Of a stretch of DNA of 28,203 bases, positions 20,626-28,203 are shown piece by piece. Numbering within the stretch: position 1 is the stretch's first letter; each line of letters starts with the position of its first letter. Position numbers and translations under genes: made by a program. This DNA comes from Octopus sinensis (lineage: Eukaryota): positions 1 to 28,203 of the forward strand of contig NW_021827504.1 in assembly GCF_006345805.1 (NCBI RefSeq), given 5' to 3'. Below the pieces are notes generated by a model that ran no database searches, had not been told where the DNA came from, and worked only from the letters and a program-made list of their open reading frames with translations.

Positions 20626-21452
20626 TGTGGTCTGATCACCAAGTATCTGGACTGTTGCCATAGTAACAAAGCTACAGTATGGAGAGTGAAACTGCTTGGC
20701 ACCTTTAACTCCACTGTGCACTAAGTTTTGATGTTCTAGCTCACTTCTACTGTTTACAGTAGTGTTTGAAAGTAATGTGTGTAGTGTATGTTCATCACAT
20801 TGGCCTGCTCAGAAGCCTATTCAATTTTCAGAGGCCTACGCAAAATTTTGAAGAAGTTTTCATCATTCTCGACACAAACAAGGAGATTTTATTCAACTAA
20901 AATCCGAATGTCCATTTGATTAGCTGAAAGCAGTTTTGGCACAAACTTGGTAGATATGCGCCTCATACCCAAATCTTCAGTAATAATGGACAGAACTGAA
21001 CCATAATTAATCTATACATCTGATAACTCATGGATAGTGATTTGACAATTTCCCCTCACAGCTGCATGCACATCTGCGATGTTTTTCTCAGTTCTGCTGG
21101 TTGCAGGTGTCCCAGAACATTCATTATTACCTACATTTTTATGGCCATCTTGGAAATGTCTGAACCACTTGTACAGTTGTGTGTGGATCATACACTCCTC
21201 TCCATACACTTTCTGCAGCTTTGCATAGGCTTCTGAGTAGGCATCGCCATGACATCTTTCTCTGTTATGGTCAATGCGACGGTCACACATTACTTTGAAG
21301 CACTGCTGTAAACAGCAGACGTAAGCTAGAATGTTAGAACTTAGTGTAAATGCACAACAGAGGCCAAGGTCAGTCTGTGCCAAGCACTTCACTCTGCGTG
21401 CTTTAGCTTTGTTACTATGGCAAAAGTCCGGATACTTATTGATCAGACCTCA
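20626..21452. mobile_element. Fold-back non-autonomous mariner (two 5' ends, about 210-250-bp inverted arms)
   Basis: 20626-~20830 is an inverted copy of ~21205-21452. Both start TA|TG(T/A)GGTCTGATCA. The minus strand 21290-20835 encodes a decayed transposase N-terminal half (QKVYGEECM...SGTPATSRT...EDLGMRRISTKFVPKLLS). Confidence 0.85.
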
Positions 21453-24291
21453 TATGTTGTGTCCAAGAGGCACGATGAGGGGAGCCTCAGCTAGACTGCT
21501 TACAGGCAAAGGGGCACAGATACAAATTTTTCTGAGAGGGCAACAAAGACAGACTAAATAGTATGGGTATTCTATTAGCAGAGAAATGAAATATAAGGTG
21601 ACTGAAGTAGTGTGATAGGATTGTTAAGCTTAGATTAACCTTGGTTGATGTAATTGTGTCAGTGATCTCTGCACATGTTCCACATCAAACTCACATACTC
21701 AGAAAGGCCACATCTGCGAACTACCTTGACAATGAAAGATGACAACATTCACATCGTTGCAGGTGTCTTCAATTGACATGTTGGACAGCACTCCAATGAA
21801 TTTCATGGTGAGCATGGAAGCTGTGGTTTTAGTTCCAGAACTGAGGGGGGGGGAGAAGGTTACTGAAGTTTTGTGATGCTCATGGCTTACCAGTCTGTAA
21901 TACCAAGTTCAGAAAACCTGCCAATCATATGATCACTTATCTAAAGATCCAGAGATGCAAGCCAATATAGAAAAGGATGTTGTAGAATCTCAAGGATCTT
22001 CCAAAGGGACAGAGATTTAGAGATGTCTTTAATGAAGCCTTTGATGAGAAGGGAGAAGAGATAGAGACATATAACATACAAAACAACTGGAAGTTCCTAC
22101 GAGACAATCTACTAAGAGCAACAGACCAAATCTGTGGTTGGAGCAAAGCCTCTGCCAGGACAAGGTGATGTGGTGGTGGACAGTGATGTTGACAGGGCCA
22201 TAAAAGAGAAGAGATAGGTCTATAAAGAATGGGATAAAAGGGTTGGGGTAGCAATTAATCATATTAGAAAGCTAAAAGGGAAGCTAGACATCAGGTTTAT
22301 CTTGCTAGAGTAGAAACAGAAAAGAAGAGATTTGCCAATGAACTACAATGGGAAGATAAGAGATTTGAAGTGCTCCGAATTACCAAACAGAGTGTCAGTG
22401 AGAATCAAGATATTGTGCAAGTGTGTGCAGATGGATAATGGTATGCTTACATTTAATGATGTGGACAAGAAAGAGGTGTGGAAAAGTTACTATGCAAAAC
22501 TGTTGAATGTAGAGAATGAATGTGATAAAGGGAGTCTCCCTCAAGTGAAACCAACAGAGGGACCAGCTGTCCTAGTGGTCAGCAGTATGGTAGACAAGGC
22601 AATGAAAAGCCAAGATGCTCAAAATATCTGGTAAGGTAGGATACCAGATAGTCACCTGCATAGTTAACTAGGTCATTCAGGAAGGTGCAAATCCCAGTGT
22701 TAGGGGTGGCAGCATTATTGTTAGCTGCTACAACAGTAAGGGGGATGCTTTGGACAGAAGTAATTAATTATCAAACTCCTGGACCAGGTGATGAAAATTA
22801 GAGAGTTATAGCTCAATTAATTAGGAGCATGATTAAGGTTAGATGAAATGCAGTTCAGTTTCATCTGAGGGAGAAGCACTGCTGACACTATTTTGATAGT
22901 GAGGCAACTGTAAGAGAAGTATTTAACTAAGAATAAACCATATACTTGGTATTTGTTGATCTAGAGAAAGCCTTTGATAAAGTACCCCACTGTGTGATAT
23001 GGTGGGCTCTGAGGAGACTAGGGATAGACAAGTGGCTGGTGGAAGTTGTACAGAAACGCTGTAAATAAGGTGAGAGTTAACCACGAGTCCAGCAAAAAAA
23101 TTCATCAAGGCTCAGTCCTTAGTCTCCACCATTTCATCATTGTCCTCCAGGCCATAACAGAGAAATTCAAGACCAGCAGCCCTTGGGACTACTATATACT
23201 AATGATCTTACCCACATTAGAGCTAGAAGAGAAATTCCAGTTGTGGGAGTAAAATCTGGAATCTAAGAACCTGTTGGATTAACTTAGTGAAGACTAAAGT
23301 CTCAGTAAGCAAGAAAACAGACGGGACCCTCCCTGCTTCAAGTAGGTGACCCCGTTTGATTTCTGGGAAAAGTGTAGGTAAGAATTCTATATGGTGTACC
23401 CGGTATAAGCTATGGACACACAAGAGGTGCAGCGGATTAATAGGAAGTTTATCAGAGAAGGTAATATTCATATGTTGAAAATGCTATAGAGACTTAGGAA
23501 ATTGATTCTCTCAAAAGCCCTGGTGGCTCATTAGAGATAGTAGGACCAAGTTAGGAGTGGAGGAGGATGCACAGAGAGTGTGATAGCTAGAATAAGAATA
23601 GGGTGGAGGAAATTCAGAGAGCTGTTACGTTCGTTAGCTATGAAAGGCTTTTCTCTTCAAGTGAAAGGAAGATTGTATGGTGCGTGTACACAGACATCCT
23701 ACATGCTAGTGAGATGTAAGCCCTGAATGCAGAGGACATGCAAAGGTTAGAGAGGAATGAGGCTGGAATGCTCTATTGGATGTGTAATGCAAACATACAT
23801 ATTCGACAGAGTGCTAGTGTACTGAGACAGAAGTTAAGTATAAGATGAATTAGATGCTCTGTGCAAGGAAGAAGACTGCATTGGTTTTGTTCTGTGATGA
23901 AGAATGATGCTGACACTCCATAAAGAAGTGCTAGTCTCCCTAAGTAGACAGAACACATCGGAATGGGACACCCAGGAAGACATGGGTACTAAAGACGACC
24001 TCAGGATGCTAAACCTTTCGGGTAAGATGACAAAGGACTGAAATGCTTGGTGCCTTGGTGTACTGAAGAAGACCCATGCTCCACAGTTGAATTGTTAATA
24101 CTGGTCCTTCTGGTGAAGAGAATTGGCCTGCAGGAGTCCTATGCCAGTGCCATGTAAAATTACCCAGGACACTCTGTGGTTGGCACTAGAAAGGACATCC
24201 AGCCATAGTAACCATGCCATATTAGACTAGAGCCTGGTGCAGCTCTCCAGCTTGCCAGCTCTGGTCAAACTGTCCAACCCATGCCAGCATG
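21453..24291 (+). mobile_element. Old, heavily decayed near full-length RTE (endonuclease, RT, 3' UTR)
   Basis: Broken frames: CCVQEAR*GASARLLTGK, GILLAEK, VAGVFN*HVG, CNTKFRKP, FVDLEKAFDKV, HQGSVLS, INLVKTKV, GWRKFRELL. 24150-24291 is the RTE 3' UTR. Confidence 0.88.
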
Positions 24292-24360
24292 AGTCTTTTT
24301 GAAGTGAACTTAGTAAAGACTCAGTATCTGAACTGAGAGCTGTAAGTCAGATACAGGAAT

Positions 24361-25912
24361 AAAGGCTATAAAGACAAGGAAATCCCCTGGTTAATCAGGA
24401 ATTACCACAATCATCTTCATCATTATCACCGTTTAATGTCCATTTATCATGCTGGAATGGGTCAGATGTCCCTTTTACATGGCACTAGCACCAGTGAGGT
24501 CCCCAGTAACTTGAAAGTCAAAAATCTCTCAACTGAGAGGGTGAGTGGGTTATGACATAGTCACCTGTATGGTTAATCAGATTGTCCATGAAAGTATCAT
24601 GCCCAACAACTGCTACAAATGAAAGGAAAGGGTTGAGGCAGAAGTAATTAGAGACATGATATTCCTGGAGCAGGTCATGAAAGTTACAGAAAACTGTCAT
24701 AATTCAACTAATTCAGAAGATAGTTAACAAAGATGAGATACTGTTCGTTTTTGTCCCAGGGCAACTACTGCTGATGCTATCTTCTAAGTAAAATAGCTGC
24801 AGAAATATTTAGTCAAATATAAACCACTGTACTTAGGATACGTTGACATGGAAAGAACGTTTGACAGGGCCCATCGTGCTCTCACTGGGTGGTCAGTATG
24901 GAAGTCAGCAATGAATATAGCAATAAATTTAGTGGGTAGGTAGGAGTTCACTAGGGGTTGATTCTCAGTCCCCACTTCTCCATCATAGTCCTTCAAGCAA
25001 TAACAGGGAGTTTAAGACAGGTTGCAAGTGGGAAGCTCCTGTATCCTGACGACCTTGTTCTTATGGCTGGATTCACAGTAGCATTAAAAAAGGAATATCA
25101 GGTGTAGAATCAATGCTTGGAATCATAAGGCCTTAACTAAGCATAGCCCAAAGACTTGGTATGCAGGAAAGCATATAAGTTACTAATCCCCACAGGGAAA
25201 TAGCCCTGTTTGATATGTAGAAAAAGTGTAGATAGAAATTCCATACATTGTAGCCATTACAAGCTATAGACATAAAAGGTGCAGTCAAATCACAGAAAAG
25301 TTACAAGAGAAAGTACTCATTGTATTTGGCAGGTGTGCAGATGCAATAAATACTAAGAACACACAGGAGATAGATTTCCTCAAATGCTCAGGAGTACTCT
25401 TAGAGGTAGTAGATAATTTTTGTGACCTAGGTGACCTAATTAGTAATGAAAGAGGATACCCTGAAAGTATAGTAGCTAGAATAATAACTGAGGAAAGTTC
25501 ATAAGGCTATTCTCTTGATTGTTAACAAAGGCCTCTTCCTCAGAGTGAAAGACAGATTGCACAAATGGGTATACAACACAGTAGTGAAAAAAGGGCTGTG
25601 AATGCAGAGGACATGTGAAGGTTCGAAGGAATGAAGCAAACATGCTCTGATGGATGTGCAATGTTGGTGTAAATAAACAACAAAGTAGTAATGTGATGAG
25701 AGAAAAATTCAGTATAAGAGGTATCAGGTGTAGTGTGCAAGAGAGGAGACTGCTCTGGTATGGCTACACAAATGCATATGTGTAAGGACAGCAGCATAAA
25801 GAAGTGCCAGTTGCTACATGTGGATAGAACATGTGGCAGAGGAAGGACTAGGAAGAGGTGGACGAACTGGTAAAAAGTGACTTTCAGTAGTTGAGCCTCA
25901 CAGAAGAGATGG
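24361..25912 (+). mobile_element. Old decayed RTE fragment (RT to C-terminus)
   Basis: KSPG*SGIT, LYLGYVDMERTFDRA, YPDDLVL, DNFCDLGDLI, CGRGRTRKRW in broken frames. Confidence 0.8.
24411..24513 (-). mobile_element. Internally deleted old RTE 3'-end fragment within the RTE at 24361-25912
   Basis: Decayed (ATC)n, GTTTAATGTCCATTTATCATGCTGGAATGGG, then a segment matching 7296-7345 in reverse. Confidence 0.55.
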
Positions 25913-26000
25913 CTGGCTATTTGCCATCTTCCTAACACCCACTCCCTTCACCCATGTTCACCTCTCACTGCATTCTCTTCCTCTTTATCTCCCACTTACA

Positions 26001-28203
26001 TTTGCACTCTCATGAACTTATATGCACACAATCTATCCCTGATGAATACCTCTCTTCTCCACAACACATCCCTCCCTCCACCTGTATTCACTCTTCTTTT
26101 GCACTCTCATGAACTTATATGCACACAATCTATCCCTGATGAATACCTCTCTTCTCCACAACACATCCCTCCCTCCACCTGTATTCACTCTTCTTTTGCA
26201 CTCTCATGAACTTATATGCACACAATCTATCCCTGATGAATACCTCTCTTCTCCACAACACATCCCTCCCTCCACCTGTATTCACTCTTCTTTTGCACTC
26301 TCATGAACTTATATGCACACAATCTATCCCTGATGAATACCTCTCTTCTCCACAACCATCCCTCCCTCCAGCTGTATCACTCTTCTTTTGCACTCTCATG
26401 AACTTATATGCACACAATCTATCCCTGATGAATACCTCCCTTCTCTACAACACATCCCTCCCTCCACCTGTATTCACTCTTCTTTTGCACTCTCATGAAC
26501 TTATGCACACAATCTATCCCTGATGAATACCTCTCTTCTCCACAACACATCCCTCCCTCCACCTGTATTCACTCTTCTTTTGCACTCTCATGAACTTATA
26601 TGCACACAATCTATCCCTGATGAATACCTCTCTTCTCCACAACACATCCCTCCCTCCACCTGTATTCACTCTTCTTTTGCACTCTCATGAACTTATATGC
26701 ACACAATCTATCCCTGGTGAATACCTCTCTTCTCTACAACACATCCCTCCCTCCACCTGTATTCACTCTTCTTTTGCACTCTCATGAACTTATATGCACA
26801 CAATCTATCCCTGATGAATACCTCTCTTCTCTACAACACATCCCTCCCTCCACCTGTATTCACTCTTCTTTTGCACTCTCATGAACTTATATGCACACAA
26901 TCTATCCCTGATGAATACCTCTCTTCTCTCTCCACAACACATCCCTCCCTCCACCTGTATTCACTCTTCTTTTGCACTCTCATGAACTTATATGCACACA
27001 ATCTATCCCTGATGAATACCTCTCTTCTCCACAACACATCCCTCCCTCCACCTGTATTCACTCTTCTTTTGCACTCTCATGGACTTATATGCACACAATC
27101 TATCCCTGATGAATACCTCTCTTCTCCACAACACATCCCTCCCTCCACCTGTATTCACTCTTCTTTTGCACTCTCATGAACTTATATGCACACAATCTAT
27201 CCCTGATGAATACCTCTCTTCTCCACAACACATCCCTCCCTCCACCTGTATTCACTCTTCTTTTGCACTCTCATGAACTTATATGCACACAATATCCCTG
27301 ATGATACCTCTCTTCTCCACAACACATCCTCCCTCCACCTGTATTCACTCTTCTTTTGCACTCTCATGAACTTATATGCACACAATCTATCCCTGGTGAT
27401 ACCTCTCTCTCTACAACACATCCCTCCCTCCACCTGATTCACTCTTCTTTTGCACTCTCATGAACTTATATGCACACAATCTATCCCTGATGAATACCTC
27501 TCTTCTCACAACACATCCATCCCTCCCCCCTGTATTCACTCTTCTTTTGCACTCTCATGAACTTATATGCACACAATCTATCCCTGATGAATACTCTCTC
27601 TCCACAACACATCCCTCCCTCCACCTGTATTCACTCTTCTTTTGCACTCTCATGAACTTAATGCACACAATCTATCCCTGATGAATACCTCTCTTCTCCA
27701 CAACACATCCCTCCCTCCACCTGTATTCACTCTTCTTTTGCACTCTCATGGACTTATATGCACACAATCTATCCCTGATGAATACCTCTCTTCTCCACAA
27801 CACATCCCTCCCTCCACCTGTATTCACTCTTCTTTTGCACTCTCATGAACTTATATGCACACAATCAATCCCTGATGAATACCTCTCTTCTCCACAACCA
27901 TCCCTCCCTCCACCTGTATTCACTCTTCTTTTGCACTCTCATGAACTTATATGCCACACAATCTATCCCTGATGAATACCTCTCTTCTCCACAACACATC
28001 CTCCCTCCACCTGTATTCACTCTTCTTTTGCACTCTCATGAACTTATGTGCACACAATCTATCCCTGATGAATACCTCTCTTCTCCACAACACATCCCTC
28101 CCTCCACCTGTATTCACTCTTCTTTTGCACTCTCATGAACTTATATGCACACAATCTATCCCTGATGAATCCCTCTCTTCTCCACAACACATCCCTCCCT
28201 CCA
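26001..28203. repeat. 97-bp satellite array, about 23 monomers, continuing past the window end
   Basis: Monomer ATGAACTTATATGCACACAATCTATCCCTGATGAATACCTCTCTTCTCCACAACACATCCCTCCCTCCACCTGTATTCACTCTTCTTTTGCACTCTC; starts at 26012, 26109, 26206 ... 28135. Confidence 0.99.

Noticed and set aside
26038-26120. CTGATGA in every monomer suggested a hammerhead-bearing satellite (as in newt satellite 2 or schistosome Sm-alpha)
   Set aside because: No GAAA follows the possible stem II (ATAC/GTAT is followed by TCAC; the only candidate is GAAC), and no stem I or stem III pairing could be built on either strand.
26001-28203. Satellite as a CRISPR array or as a family of repeated small ORFs
   Set aside because: Monomers are contiguous with no unique spacers and there are no cas genes. 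The 65-aa ORFs arise because 97 is not a multiple of 3, so frames cycle.

Overview
Eukaryotic, AT-rich, almost entirely repeat-derived DNA. The SINE types, (GAT)n-tailed RTE LINEs and dense triplet microsatellites suggest an octopus-like cephalopod genome (inference from recalled repeat families, not a database match). I cannot support any host protein-coding gene. Contents: (1) two young copies of one RTE-clade LINE on the minus strand (1-~3545, running off the window start; 14404-17240, 5'-truncated), encoding an APE endonuclease and an RT with a PHD-type Cys/His finger inside it; (2) several RTE 3'-end fragments and older decayed RTE copies; (3) three tRNA-derived SINE types, some nested; (4) a Penelope-like GIY-YIG endonuclease relic with a type I hammerhead ribozyme-like motif about 800 bp downstream; (5) a full-length but frameshifted DD34D mariner with 37-bp TIRs, and a fold-back mariner carrying two copies of its 5' end; (6) hAT-type and TTAA/piggyBac-type MITEs; (7) a 97-bp satellite array (26001 to window end) with a 7-monomer higher-order duplication. 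Most short ORFs in the supplied track are antisense shadows of LINE ORFs or translations of microsatellites and satellite. All alignments and counts were done by eye and are approximate.
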